Below are positions 1-14,351 of a stretch of DNA of 64,000 nt, piece by piece (within the stretch, counting starts at the first letter, position 1; each line of letters starts with the position of its first letter). A model generated the notes under the pieces. It was given only the letters and a program-made list of their open reading frames with translations, did no database searches and had not been told where the DNA came from. Source of the DNA: Octopus vulgaris (taxonomy: Eukaryota); contig OX597814.1 of the NCBI GenBank assembly GCA_951406725.2, forward strand, positions 149,792,001 through 149,856,000, given 5' to 3'. Position numbers and translations under genes: made by a program.

Positions 1-320
1 TGTTTTTTCTTTTTGTCAGTTATTACAATTCCTAAACGTTATTAGGAGAGTGCACATGTTGCTGGCAACGAGAGAATGCCGCACTAAATTCTGGCACACT
101 ATCAACTCCGATGCCTTTATGTTTAAATTCTAATCCCATTGCAGTCGACTTTAACTGCTTTCATCTTTCAGGATTCAATAAATATACTGAGTGTGTTGCG
201 TTTTTTTTCTTCTTTTTTTTCTTTCTGCCTTTTCTTCCATCTGCGAATATGGTGTGGGGCCTGTTCAATAACCTCTCGACTTACAAAAGCAATCTTGAGA
301 CCAGTTAAGGAAAAATGTGA

Positions 321-332
321 ACAATAATAATG

Positions 333-402
<70 letters not shown>

Positions 403-440
403 CAACAACAACAGCAGCAGCAGCAGCAATAACAACAACA
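321..440. repeat. Compound trinucleotide microsatellite (AAT)n-(AAC)n-(AGC)n
   Basis: Directly visible; explains the poly-N/poly-S ORF 317..499. Confidence 0.95.
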
Positions 441-567
441 TTCAAGTATCCTCAGCGGTAATATCCTCTCAGACTTATAAAAAAATTATAAATGAATAAC
501 TAAAATCAAAGATCTTACGGCCTTCTAACTAATAAATGCGAATCATTTTTAAATGTTTGTTGTCGAT

Positions 568-994
568 TTAATGATTGCAGATCAAATTTATGGAAGGTAC
601 TTTGAAACTCAAATTTTTTTCTATTTTTCTGATCATCAAAACATCTTTCATCTCAACATAGTATCTGTACATCTCCACCTTCATTATTATTTTTTGTTCC
701 TTCGTCATCCGTTCTTTGCCTCTCTTTTCCCCTACATTTATCTTTGTTTTTGTTGAGGGTTTTTGTTTTCGATGGAAGGCAGCATTATTTGCTTTTGCCT
801 TTTGTTTTGTTTTATTCCTCATTTCTTTCTGCTCGCTAAACAATATGTTGTCTTCACCTAAAAATGTTAAGACCTCATATAACTGTACTAACATTTCGCT
901 AACCACTCTAATCTCCTAATTCAACGATGGCGTCTCGACATTGTCGGTCAATTTCCCATAAATAGTTGCTAAATCACCCTTTAATTTTATCGAT
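568..994 (-). pseudogene. Candidate orphan terminal exon or pseudo-exon (helical, Lys-rich) with one in-frame TAG
   Basis: Acceptor-like ttttatcctacag ends at 995 on the minus strand. The frame reads SIKLKGDLATIYGKLTDNVETPSLN*EIRVVSEMLVQLYEVLTFLGEDNILF... to the stop at 568, with TAG at 918-916. No family recognised. Confidence 0.2.
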
Positions 995-1122
995 CTGTAG
1001 GATAAAATCAAAGTCTACTTTATAAGAGATTTGTATTGTGATGTATTGTAGAGAATATTATCCCTGGTCAAAATGTTTACTTTTAAACCAAAGTGTAATC
1101 CTTTCTATTTTTTTCAGCTAAG
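981..1122 (-). repeat. Left arm of a long-range inverted repeat (partner 6275-6421)
   Basis: Reverse complement aligns to 6275-6421 with about 8 substitutions and 1 indel over the ~125-bp core. Confidence 0.9.
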
Positions 1123-1429
1123 TTCAATACCTTATTAGATATTGTAATCGCATATATCGTTAAAATATGACAAGATTATCATGCCTGGAACTTATTTGAT
1201 CAGAGGTCTTCTCAATCAGTGTTGCCCTGAAGCTAAACAACACTAAATCTCTAGCTCCACTTGTACATCAACTTGTTGTGCTAACGTCAGGAGCCATTTT
1301 GACTCTTATTCATCCTCTCTGAGACCTTATAAACAGAACACTCCTCGTTATTCCATATATCTAATAGAAAAATAAATATTGTTATGATTAAAATACTTCA
1401 TAGGATATATTAATCCATATAATTTCTAC

Positions 1430-2545
1430 TGAGAAAGTTGGTTTGTAGAAAATCGAACAAAGGAACTTTTAGTTTTTAATCATTCATCTTACATTCTGAG
1501 TTCGAAATCCAGTACGACTAACTTTGCATGTTATCCCCCCAGTTTAGAAAAAAATAAGTACTCGTCAGGAACTGGAATTAGTGGTTATAGATTATATATT
1601 ACCTGAAAATGTGGAGTCTTTACGACTATGCAAAATCAATGTACGGTGGTAGATAGGCGGAATCGTTAGAGCGTCAGATATAATGCTTGACGCTTATAAG
1701 CTACATCCCTGTAACTTATGAAGTCACATCCTACTGAAGTCAACTTTGCCATTAATCTTCCCGAAAATCAACTAAACAAAGCGCCATTAAAAATACTTGT
1801 CGAATTCAATGACTACTCCCTCCCTGAAATTTCTGGTCTTGTATCTATGTTAAAGGCAGTGGGTTGATAGAACAGTTGAGCGTCGGAAAAGTGCATTGTG
1901 GCAGTTTTTCCGGCTCTCAGTATTTTAAATTCAAAATCTTGCTGTTTCACTCTTCTGGGGTCAATAAAATTCTAGTCAAGTACTGAGTCCGATTAAATTG
2001 GCTAAACCCTCCTCCCCAGTATGTGACATTGTTCTCATGTTAGAAACAATTATTTTCAGGGTTGTGGAGTGGGAAAGGCATTATTTCAAGGGACAAAATA
2101 CCTGACGCTATTTTAATATGTTCCTTTAATTTCTAAGTTTTAATCTCATCGGGGCAGCCTTTTCCTTTTATTCTAAGGATATCGATAAAATAATGTGTCA
2201 CTTAAGCATTTAGAGTTGATCTAAGCGACCCAATTCTCATCGTTTAGATGTAAACAGCCCTTTGGAATAACCCTACGTTTTACAAAAATCAATATCGTTT
2301 CCAAGCAAAAGCGAGGAAATATCTTCATCGGTAATGCACCCAGTAAACACCGTATGCTACTGATGTATATTTTTTTTCACGCACTCCAGGTTCCAATTTC
2401 AAAATCTAGCTTGGGGGTTAACATTTAAATTTCATTCTTCTGAAGTTGTTTAATTTTTTCAGCTAGATTTCGAAGAAGAAATTGGGTTCGAAATAATCGA
2501 ATATTCTATCCACCGTAATGTTCACTTTCACTAGAAATCAATACC
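1430..2545 (+). mobile_element. Head-to-tail cluster of about 5 old copies of tRNA-derived SINE family A
   Basis: Repeated degenerate versions of 'gaatcgttag...ttctgagttcaaat...gtcgactttgcctttcatcc...gataaaataagtacc...ttgtgcct...tagaaa', the motif order seen in the young copy at 22491-22703. Confidence 0.7.
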
Positions 2546-2779
2546 TTATTTTGCATTATTTAAATATATACTTCATTCTTTGTAGTAAATCCTTCATATA
2601 TTAATCGCTGCAGACAATGAAGACAAGCAAAAATTCAGATCCCACGAGAAAATACTGTAAAAACGGTAGTATACACAGAATGTGTATACAGATATCTGTT
2701 TGAAAATGAACTAGACTGTTAAGTGATCGGATTAATATGTCAAACACTACATTTTGTAATAGATTATGGTTAATGAACT

Positions 2780-3465
2780 AACATAATCGCAATGTGATTG
2801 AAATGAGAAAGTCAAGTATCTCCATTGTACCAAATAAATAATGAATTTGATGAAACTATTGTTCATATTGTAAATGAATAGCCTGATTTGCCCAAAGCCA
2901 GTATAAGTTGTGATGTCATGATTAAATAGTAAAAGCTCTGCATTGGAAACTGTGAAATATGGAGGTTAGACTATAAACCGTTGAGAGTGACTGAGTTGGA
3001 AACTTGGAAAATCTTGTAGGATTTCCCAGTTCAAACAAACCTGGTGCTTGAAAACAAGAAACCGGTCTTAGTGGTGGTGGACGAAGTAAAATTTGTAACT
3101 GATGCTGCCTGCCTATTTATCTCTTGAATAGTTAAGAAGGAAGACGAAAAGGGAGACGCGTACCATCTGCTTAAATATGAAAAGCCAGATTGTGGAAGAT
3201 GAAAAAAATAAAGATAGTGCCCATTATCGTCGGGGCCTTGGGGACAGTATCATAAGATATTGAGAATAACGTAAAGAAAATGGAAACAGAATGTCAAGCA
3301 GAGCAGTTGCAAGAAGTTTGCCTCCTTGGCAAGACTAGAATTATCAGGGCTAGATATTTGCAGAGAACAAATAGCATAGAACCGTAAGCTACATGTGGTA
3401 AGCCCGCTACTAATGTAAGATTCTTGGAGTTTCAAAGGAACGTGAGTTAAAAGAATATTAAGAAG
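2780..3465 (+). mobile_element. Decayed 3' fragment of an R4/Dong-clade (RLE) non-LTR retrotransposon
   Basis: Frameshifted translation gives DETIVHIV / KALHWKL / KIL*DFPVQTNLVLENKKP-LVVVD / KKEDEK / LWKMKKIKIVPIIVGALGTV / LQEVCLLGKTRII. This is a CCHC-knuckle remnant plus the restriction-like endonuclease and C-terminus typical of R4. The 3'UTR matches 60045-60190. Confidence 0.85.
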
Positions 3466-3470
3466 AATAG

Positions 3471-3640
3471 TTTCAAATTTTGGCACAAGGCCAGCCTTTT
3501 CGAGGCAGTGCATAAGTTGATTACATCGAGCCTAGTAGTCAACTAGTACTTATTTTATCGAACCCAAAAGCATGTAAGACGAATTCAACCGCGGCAGAAT
3601 TTGAATTCATAACGTAAAGATGAACGAAATGCTTCTAAGT
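3471..3640 (-). mobile_element. tRNA-derived SINE family A, 5'-truncated
   Basis: Reverse complement of the family-A body and tail (ttggcacaaggcc...gtacttattttatcga...ggcagaatttgaa). Confidence 0.8.
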
Positions 3641-3723
3641 AATAATAATAATAATAACAATAATAATAATAATGATAATAATAATAATAATAATAATGAT
3701 GATGATGATGATGATGATGATAA

Positions 3724-3775
<52 letters not shown>
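3641..3775. repeat. (AAT)n/(GAT)n microsatellite
   Basis: Directly visible. Confidence 0.95.
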
Positions 3776-3776
<1 letters not shown>

Positions 3777-4285
3777 TTTCTTTACTGGCTGAAAGGGCCT
3801 TCATAAAGATGTACAAAAGACATAGGTACAAAAACAGAACACGAACTAACAGAACAAAACGCGAGCTAGAAATAAAATGAAAATTCCAAAATACGGCGGA
3901 GACCTCTGAGAGCTTCCCTTGGAAACCCTACAAAAATCAGGATCTCCCTGACCGCTTAGGTAAGTTCACTTCTATTTCAACCAAAAAGCGCATCCACAGA
4001 GTAAGCCCGTTCAAGCAGCCCATGAAATTTTGGAAGTTACCAAGCGACTCATCAACAGTTATATACATGCATACATACATACATTCACACACATATACAT
4101 ACATATATACGTACGTACATACATACATACATACATACATACACACATATATATATTCATATATATAGAGAGAGAAGAAAGAGAGAGAGAAGTATTAATG
4201 CGAATAAACACAAGTAAGCTTGTCACTTATATACGTACATATATATATATATCGATAGAAAAAATAAGATGAATGGGGTTTAAAA

Positions 4286-4366
4286 TTTAATACAGCTGTC
4301 TCGATAGAATTTTATTGATGCATTCATAGACTATATCATAGCATAAATTCACCATCTTCAGGTAAA
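4286..4366 (-). ncRNA. Degenerate minimal hammerhead motif in a Penelope-type fragment
   Basis: Minus strand reads CUGAAGA-ugg...uc-GAGA-CAGCUG-UA. GAAA is mutated to GAGA and stem I is imperfect. Confidence 0.45.
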
Positions 4367-6124
4367 ATTTTAAACATATAAACAAGGCAAGGTAAAATCG
4401 TTTTACCATTCTTCAGACACACGACGATTGAATGCCGAATAGAGAAAAAAAAACAACGAATTTATCTGACGACCAAATGCATGGCGTGGAAATATATTTC
4501 TATGAGAACGTAAATGGTGTTTGTAATATTCATGGCTTTCCGAAAAGGATTTGTAGTATAAATTAAATATACTTGTATCAAGCGAGAATCGAAACTGCGT
4601 AATTTCATGCATGCCAGTAGCTTACATCCGCCTGAACTTTGCTCAGAGTGGAAAAAAAGACAAACTTAAAAACTCCTAAAAATGTCAGGGGATTTGATCA
4701 ACAAGTTTTGTGTCACTTCATTATAAAATACCCACGAGACTTAATATGAGGCCGGTTTAGGAAAGCATCCATAACAGAATAGAATCAAAACTGTCATTAC
4801 TATCTTAATATTGGATGTATGATGGATGTATGAAGGGTTTCTATCATCTAACCTTATTCAATGTCTCTAATAATGCTATTTGCCAACGGCAATTAATCAG
4901 TAATTCCTTTCTCCATCTAAAGCCCGAGTGTAACCTCAGTAACTTGCTTTGTGGATTTGACTGCAAGATAGATCTCTTAGTGATTCACTGTCTAAGGTTA
5001 TCGCCAAATTGACTTCATTCTTTCAGACTTCTAGTGAGAGAGGAAAATATGCAACAATTTTGGCATCTGACCAGCATTCAGCAGTAGAAACGAACTTTTG
5101 TCCGACCAACGAATCCCTTGTAATTTCCAGAGTTTAAGCTATTATTCTATGGCTTCTATCCAAACAAGTCTTCATGCTAGCCTTCGTGCAACATTAGAAG
5201 CCCTCCAACAATGTAAACATTACTTTTATTCATTTAAAGGTCCCTATTAACATCTAGCCTCTAGGGCCTATTGGCTCATCTAGAATGTCCCAGTCTTAAT
5301 AAAGCATTTATTTCCTATAAACTCTATATCTCATTTTAGCGAATAATTTCATTATGTATCTGTAAACAATAATCAACGTGTTTTGCCTAATTCACTAAAA
5401 GCTTCATAAACTGGTCATAAAAATTAACGCTTGTTAAGGATTTTATTATTTTAGAGTTTGTCTCATTCCGTTAATACAATCCTTTAATGCAAAGGAGAAC
5501 AAATAATTATTCTAATATGAATAGTTTACATTACGCTAAAATTATTGTCCATAATCACATGAATTCAAATTACAAATTTTTATTAACATTTTAGGACGAC
5601 TTTAGGCAGGTTTTACATTCCATTATTTTACATATGTTAACACAAGTTACATGTGAATGTGTACAGACCTGTTATTCGTTATACATACACCTTGTTGAAG
5701 CAGCTTGTAATAATGTCTTGACATTATATGCAGTATAGTGCAGAGAATTTCAAACTGTGTATCCCGATACTTTAATGCGTCACTGATGATCTCTAGTTGT
5801 GTGGCTATATTGTATCTGATCATATTAATTATCACAAATATTTAACCCTGAAATATATTTCAGTTCTCATTATTATGCATATTATTTGACATCTGACTGG
5901 TAACGCGATATCTTAACTAATTTATGAGAAAGCGTAATTAACGTATAACGAGTATATTATTTTCAAAAAGTGACATCACGGCGAAAACTGTGGAAAGCTC
6001 AAGAATAGCATGTTATTTTAGTGGCACTTGCGTCAAATTACATAAGGGGAAACCTTTGTTCGGGTCAGCAGATTTTCACATTATCATATTCTATACGATC
6101 ATGATATTTCGTTCCAAAAAGAAG

Positions 6125-6300
6125 ATAGCAAGCTTGCAAAATCGTTAGCTTTATATTCTGCGTTCAAATTCCACCGCGGCTGATTTTTGCCTTTTATCCT
6201 TCCGTAACCGAGAGAATAAATACCAGGTCGGTAGCAGGGTTGATGTAATCGACTTAATTCTCCTCTAAAATTGCTAACCTTATCTGAAAAAAAAAGAAAG
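6125..6300 (+). mobile_element. tRNA-derived SINE family A, old copy
   Basis: aatcgttagc...ttctgcgttcaaattccaccg...ttttgccttttatccttcc...gatgtaatcgactt. Confidence 0.7.
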
Positions 6301-6421
6301 AATTACACTTTAGTTTAAAAGTAAACATTTTGACCAGGGATAACATTCTCTACAATACATCAGAGTACAAATCTCTCCTAAAGTAGACTTTGCTTTTTAT
6401 CCTACAGATCGATAAAATTAA
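6275..6421 (+). repeat. Right arm of the long-range inverted repeat (partner 981-1122)
   Basis: See 981-1122. Confidence 0.9.
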
Positions 6422-7169
6422 AACTAGCCAATAATTAAACCTTCAAATGCGGTTCAGAGTATATGGTTAAAGCCCAATGACTGAAACCAGTAAAACAATA
6501 AAAGAAATATTCTTGATTTAATTCTAAAATTAACCAACAATAAGCTTAATTTAATTTTCGAATGCATAGACCATAAATTTAAAAAAAGAAATGAAACTGG
6601 ATGACTTGAATGAGATACTGCCATTGTTAGAATTACATAAAATAATACTAGAGATGTGAGATACGAACTGCGCATGTCAAAGAATTCGAAACGATCTGCT
6701 AATATAAAGAAAAGTGAAGATGAGAGCTAGAGTACTATTGTTTTTCATTTTTTGTTTTTTATTTTATCTTTTTTTTTTAGCTTTTTCTTCCATAGCTGCA
6801 GTTCTTTATTCTTTATAACTGCACGTTTCGTTTTGTTTTAAATATAACACATTGACACACAGAAACACACACACACACACACATATGCATACACACACAT
6901 GTGAGCGTGTATTGAGATAGCGAGAGACAAAGAAAAAAGAGCTATCATCATAGAGTAATAGTAGGTGAGCTCCTGGCCGACTGCGTTGCATTTTCAGATC
7001 ACAGTTGAAGCCAATTAATTTCCTCAATGCTCTTGGGGAAATTTAGAACGTCACAGCACTCTATATCACCTTCTTTTTCTTTCATTCTCTTTCTCTCCCT
7101 TTACCTCTCTCCCTGTTTCCTTTATATCTCTCTATCACTCCCACGATATGCTATCTTCTTCTTTCTCAT

Positions 7170-7182
7170 CACACACGCACGT

Positions 7183-7217
<35 letters not shown>

Positions 7218-7315
7218 ACGCGCACATACAAATACTCTCACATACCTAGTTATATACGTATACATGTATGTGTGCGTATGCATGTTGCGCTTATATATGC
7301 ATATATATATATATA

Positions 7316-7369
<54 letters not shown>

Positions 7370-7392
7370 TATATATATATTATATATATATA

Positions 7393-7428
<36 letters not shown>

Positions 7429-7733
7429 GCATATATATATATATAAAATCATATATATTATACTTAGGTATATATACATATACGTACATATACATATATG
7501 CATATAAACATCTACGTTGATATACATATATATACGTATATATATATACATATACATACATATACATATATGTGTATGTATATGCATATATAAATATATA
7601 TGTAAAATATATATGTGTATATATATATGTGTATATATATATATGTGTATATATGCATATGTATGTATATATATAATCATGATGATATCTAATGATCATC
7701 GTATTATTCATATATATGTACGTACACACACAG

Positions 7734-7775
<42 letters not shown>

Positions 7776-7822
7776 TTGTATGTATATATGGATGTACGTA
7801 CGTACGTGTGTGTCTAAGTATG

Positions 7823-7856
<34 letters not shown>

Positions 7857-7920
7857 TGTATGTATGTATGTATGTATGTATGTATGTATGTATGTATGTG
7901 TGTGTGTATGTATGTATAAC
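7170..7920. repeat. Compound (CA)n/(TA)n/(TG)n/(TATG)n microsatellite field
   Basis: Directly visible; source of the YI/CV/MYVC ORFs. Confidence 0.95.
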
Positions 7921-9402
7921 TCGATGATCATTAGAATTATTATCACTCAAGTACTATTTTGCATGTTAGAAATTACTTATGAATTTAGTGTATCTTGTTT
8001 TATTTCATTATGGCGAAGAATTCTCTTCAGGCAACAAAACAAAGAAGAAAAAAAACAATTTAATCCTTTGGTTTATGAATGAAACCAACAACTATCCATT
8101 CATGGCAACATTTAAAGATAACATTTGAAGATAGCTGCAAGTTCTGAACATCCAAAACAACTCTCAAGTGTTAGATATAATGAATGTACACTATTGCAGC
8201 GTCTTTTGAGATCAGCTGCCATATACCTACATGAAGAAAGAAAAAAAAAAGGACAAATTCTCGTTTTAATGAAGCTCCTTTCCAAAAATAATAAAGTATC
8301 TCAAGATTTGGTTTCTGAGGATTGAAACTATGGAAACGGCAGAGAACTACACGATGAATATCTGTTATACACACGAAATATTATCGTGTGAAAGCAATGT
8401 TATTTTTTTCGTATTTTGTTGTTTTTTTTTTTTTTTTACTGAATCTGATTAATGGTATACAATATTCGTATTTGCCTTTGAAAAGAAATCCAAGTTTTTG
8501 GAGAATATGCATCTGCAGTTCTAACTCAGAACAAATTCTATTCGGTACATTTTTCTATAACGTAAGAATCTGCATTATTTATGACTGTAAATGAGGGCAA
8601 TGTAGATTTCTAGATCTTACTCATTTACACTAGTATTTGGAAATAGAGGCTATGCATTCTGAAAAACACACTCCGCTTAAGGATAAGTTCAAATTGCATT
8701 TAAACTGTAATCTTTTAATCAAAATAATTTCGTTTCATATTTTCTTGTGCTTTATTATTAACTGTAAATTATTATTAATTGTAAACTAAGTACTGACCAA
8801 CTGATTCACCACACAACATTTTGACATTATGACTATGCTATAAAAATATACGTATATTTGTACTGGTTGTGTGCTTACAACTACTACTTAGGATACATAT
8901 GCATGTGTGTGTGTGTGTGTGTGTGTGTGCGTGCGAGTGTTTGTAATTGCTAGTTCCAAGGATCTAGGTGTAGGAAGTTAGTAAGCTTCGAGCAGTAATC
9001 CGTTGTAGGTATAAAAAACAACATCCTGGAACAATAATAATTTATTGACGTAGAAGGTTGTAGGCTTTTCCCATTATATGTATGTATGTAGGTATGTAAG
9101 TTTGTACGTATGTATTTATGTATATATGTATCTATCTATCTATCTATCTAGGCGTGCATGCGTGCATGAATGTATGTTTATATATATATATGTGTGAGTG
9201 TGTATTTGTGTGCGTATCCATGGAGATAAAATGGCTGTTATATTCCTAAGAACGTCATCAACATTCTGCTTGTTACATTGTGTTGCCAGAATACGATAGA
9301 GTTGTTTACCACGTCTACATTAAATACCAGTTCAAGAGTATTTTAATATATTGCGGGCGTTTCTTTGTATTTTGGGATAGATTATTTTTCTATCACTCTC
9401 TC

Positions 9403-9503
<101 letters not shown>

Positions 9504-10897
9504 AGGTGCCGCGAAATGGAACTGAACATGAATCCGCTGTGATTGCAAACCAAACTTCTTAATCCCTGTTATGAACTGTAAGTTACTAATCGAATGGCGT
9601 TGATTTCCTCTGAAATTTTTACTTTAGAAATGTATTCTTCATTTCAAACACGAATCTAGGTTTATGCACCAAACTACAAAATCTTAGATATAACTCTCAT
9701 AGATAGACATTCTGAACGTTATGTAAAAAAAATTAAGTCATGTCTAAACAGACATGACACTTCAAATATAATATTCCAACAAAAACAAAAATGGCTTTCC
9801 TAATTGGCAGCTGAAATAATTAAAGGGTTAACATGAAAAGCTTTATATATGATGAATGTCTTCTTTTCCTGATCGTATTATTTCATGTCATATGATTTCC
9901 TTTATCGTCTACTTTCGAATAGTTCCACCTGTTTCATGAACTGTATATTTATATATTTGTGCACGTTTTGTATTCTTCTATTCATCTTTCGGGTCATTTA
10001 CGTTGTTAATGAGTAGAAGGCTATCGTTTTGCGACTTCTTATCCTGTTTACATTCATATTGAATTTCTTTTGTGTACTACTAAGTAGCAAACCAGAAGGT
10101 AGAGTAATATATTGTGTGTATGTGTGTGTGCGTAGATAGATATACACACACATATATATGGACATGCAGATATATATTTAAGAGTATATAGATATAAATA
10201 CATACATATATACATACATACGTTCATTGTGATACACGCACATATGTATGTGTCATAAACATGTGTGTACGCGTGCGTGTATTTATATGCATATATATAT
10301 GTATGCATGTGTGCGTGTATGTATATATATATATATGCACACATATACATATATATATTCATGTATATATATTTGTATGTATGCGTGAATATATTTATAT
10401 GTGTATATATATATATATATACATACACATATAGATATGTGTGTATATGTGTGTGCCTGTGTGTGTATGTATGTGAGTATGTATGAGATATGTGTGTGTG
10501 TGTGTGTTTGTGTGGGGGTGTGCGTGTGTGTGTTTTCCACTGTTTGTCTTTTCGTAAGTTGGAAAACGAGCTGATTAAGTCATTGCAAGTTATTACGTTT
10601 GAAAAGAAAACTCATCTTGCACTATATTTGGAAATGGGCTTCGAATCAATACTAAAAATCTTATTATGCAGAATGTATATAATTGGGGCCATAACAATTC
10701 TTATAGACAATCTATCAATCATCTGCTTTAACAAGGGCACATTCAGTCAGACATGACAATCATCCACTCAAACATACATAGACGAGTATGCGTTTATATG
10801 AGTACATATATATGTATGTATATATATATATAAGAATTTTTTGCGTATCGAGATAAAAAGACCAAGGCTGTGTAGATAGAACATTTATAGATAAAAG

Positions 10898-10949
10898 GTC
10901 TTACAGCTGTTTCTAGGATATTTATTAATTTTATCCCTTCATCGGAGAC
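10898..10949 (-). ncRNA. Minimal type-I hammerhead motif, CCGAUGA variant, in a Penelope-type fragment (~10833-11110)
   Basis: gucu-CCGAUGA-agggaua..uauccua-GAAA-CAGCUG-UA-agac. Stem I is gucu/agac, stem II is ggaua/uaucc, and stem III is the palindrome ACAGCUGU. Confidence 0.7.
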
Positions 10950-11558
10950 GATGTGAGAGAATAGTTAAGTCATAGTTAGTTTAGATGTGATATAAAATAG
11001 AGAGTGAGGTGGAGGGAGGAAAATAGATGCAAGATATGTAGGGATATTGAAGTTGTAGATCCATTTTTTAGGTATATATGTAATATTCCAATACCCTATG
11101 AGTAAAGTCCAATGCACGCACACACACTCATATTTATACGTTATACATGTGTTTATGTATGTATATAATGTGTATATATAGATAGATACGCATATATAGC
11201 TAAGCATGTACGTATACACACTCACAAATACACACATGCACACACACACATAGACACAAGCGCGCGCATGCCCACACAAAGCCGTTAATGGTTGCTTGAG
11301 CCAATTTTTTTATGGAAGGTAAAAAGTGGGAAAAGTGAATAGAAATTAGCACTAAATTTATTTCAATTTTAGAATCGTTAGAACCTCGAAGAAACTACTT
11401 TGTAGGAATCTGTTCCGGCTTTTTCTGAATTATCATTTCTAGTTCCTCCAGATTAGCTTTTAAAGGTCAATAAATAAGGAACCAGTCAAATATTGGGATC
11501 GGTGCAACTAATTGCCATCATACCGCAACATTGCTGTACTATCATTCGAAAGCAACAT

Positions 11559-11757
11559 ATTCTTTTCTATTCCAGGCACAAGGCCCGAAAATTTTGGGGA
11601 AGGGGACAGTCGATTACATCGACCCCAGTACGCAACTGGTACTTAATTTATCAACCCCGAAAAGATAAGAGGCAAAGTCGACCTCGGCAGAATTTGAACT
11701 TAGAACGTAAAGACAGACGAAATACCGCTAAATATTTCACCCAGCGTGCTAATGTTT
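11559..11757 (-). mobile_element. tRNA-derived SINE family A
   Basis: Near-full-length reverse-complement match to 22491-22703. Confidence 0.88.
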
Positions 11758-11876
11758 TTTTATTCTTTATTGCCAACATAGAGGGGACAACACATCACGT
11801 GTGGGGACATAGAACGACAAATAAAAAAACAAATGCATGACAAAGATGAATAATAACATGAAATATATATATATTT

Positions 11877-12029
<153 letters not shown>

Positions 12030-13182
12030 TACACCACACGTGTTGTTTCTTAGTAAACGGCTAATATAGAGGAGGCTATCATTTCTTCATAGTATTTGGT
12101 GCGATTCAAAGTTTGAATTTGAAATTAAGGAATAAGGAAAAATAGGCAAAGAATATTTCTTGTTCCCTATTATGAAGCTCTTTAAATTTCTGTATATGTA
12201 TATGTATATGTGTGTGTATATATATATATATGCGTGTATATATATATATATGTATATATGTATATATATAGGTATATGTATATATGTATATATGTGTGTG
12301 TGTATATATGTATATATATATATGTATATGCATATATTTACGTATATATACGAATAGACACATAGATTGATACATACATACCTACATTTGAGTCTCTGTA
12401 GGTAAACATCTATGGAAGTACTAGTTACGAGAACAATTCGCTTATATTTTCTTTGAAGCCTTTGTATGAATTTACACGGGTGCAGTTACATAAGCAAACA
12501 GATGGAGTAACCATAAGTCATCAGTTACGTCCCCTCCCATTTACCCAACTTCCGGAGGTGGGATTTGAATAACAATATTTTTACAATCTAACAATAATAC
12601 CGCAAGCACCGAAATGATAAGCTGATCTGCCGTTTGCAGTTGCCAAACACATTAAGCACAGGGCGAAACAATTTACGAAACAGATGCTAATAAGACAGAG
12701 TTTGCATAGATTTCGTGATGTACTCGGAAGCATATTCAATACTCGCATTCAAAGATGTTCACAATATACGGGTGATACTTTCTATCTAGAGAAAAAATTT
12801 TTCCACTCAGATCCTTTCCACACTTGCTAAAAATTTGAGACCGACCTTAATTTTGTATACCACATCATATCAATTAGTTTGTGTAAACAGAAGTGTTGTA
12901 AAAAAACATTACACTGTAAGACGTCTGAAAGTTTACAGAAACCTCCATTGTCATCACTGTAGTGTAGTTGAAAAACAGAAAATAAAAGAATGCATATATT
13001 CTCCAAATTGCTCAAAGCACTGTTTCTTTAAAATTCATTTGTAACAATGATAATTGCCAAGAATAACAACGCTAATTTTATAAGATACAATAACACACTC
13101 TCCAACACCGATTTGAACTTTATTCACCTGTATTGTTGTAACTATTATTATTTTAATATTATTGTAGTCATTGCCGCTGTTG

Positions 13183-13190
13183 TATTATTA

Positions 13191-13288
<98 letters not shown>

Positions 13289-13539
13289 CTTTTTCTTCCT
13301 CTTCTTCTTCTTCCTCTTCTTGTTCATGTTCTTGTTTTTGTTCTTGTTGTTCTTGTTCATATTCTTGTTGTTTTACTTCTCAGAACGTTCGGTCTTGTTT
13401 GTTCTGGTACATTCTGTGAGAGCGGATATTACTATTATTATTATTAGTAGTAGTAGTTGTTGTAGTAATAGTAGTAGAAGTAGTAGTAATAGTGGTAGTA
13501 GTAGTAGTAGTGGTGGTGGTGGTGATGGTGGTGGTGGTG

Positions 13540-13580
<41 letters not shown>

Positions 13581-13655
13581 TGCAGCACCAGCAGCAGCAG
13601 TAGTAGTTGTATCATATTATAATTATTATTGTTGTTGTTGTTGTTGTTGTTGTTT
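13183..13655. repeat. Compound trinucleotide repeat field (ATT/GTT/CTT/AGT/GGT/AGC)n
   Basis: Directly visible; explains ORFs 13047..13622 and neighbours. Confidence 0.95.
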
Positions 13656-13962
13656 TTATTATGATTATATTCGTCTATGCACAGCAGTGTGCGTGCATGT
13701 ATATATATGTACATGTGGAGCTCTACAGAAAAAAATATAGCGTCTCATAACGTTGTTTACGATATATAAATTCATGCGTATATGCATATACATGTTTTAT
13801 ATTTAAATCCATTTACATACATATACGCATACACACATACATTCATACATACATATATACCTAAACATATAATATGAATATGTGCATATATATATATATT
13901 TGAGGATTTTATGTTCATGTGTAGATATATATGTTATTCTTCTATCTAATAACCACACAGAC

Positions 13963-14003
<41 letters not shown>

Positions 14004-14102
14004 ATCCAAACATGACAACACAAAGGGAAAACACCACAACGCGAGGACGTGGAACAAATATAGTATTATTGGACGCTCAGGAAAGGAAAGAAAGAAGGAG
14101 GA

Positions 14103-14135
14103 TTTAACGTTTCGAGCAGAGCTCTTTGTCAGAAA
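14103..14135 (-). ncRNA. Minimal hammerhead motif (G8 mutated) in a Penelope-type fragment (~14000-14172)
   Basis: uuu-CUGACAA-a-gagc-ucu-gcuc-GAAA-CG-UU-aaa, with loopless palindromic stem III ACGU. Confidence 0.6.
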
Positions 14136-14195
14136 CATAGGAAAAGGAAAGATCCAAGGAAGGGAATTTTGAATATATATATATATATATATATT

Positions 14196-14322
<127 letters not shown>

Positions 14323-14351
14323 ATATATATATATAAAAACATACATACATA

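Noticed and set aside
8030-8325. Possible exon after ttctcttcag (LLQRLLRSAAIYLHEERKKK...)
   Set aside because: Stops occur in the frames followed between the acceptor and the ORF, and no motif is recognisable.
13047-13622. 191-aa ORF resembling a membrane protein with a Ser/Gly tail
   Set aside because: Made almost entirely of consecutive trinucleotide repeats.
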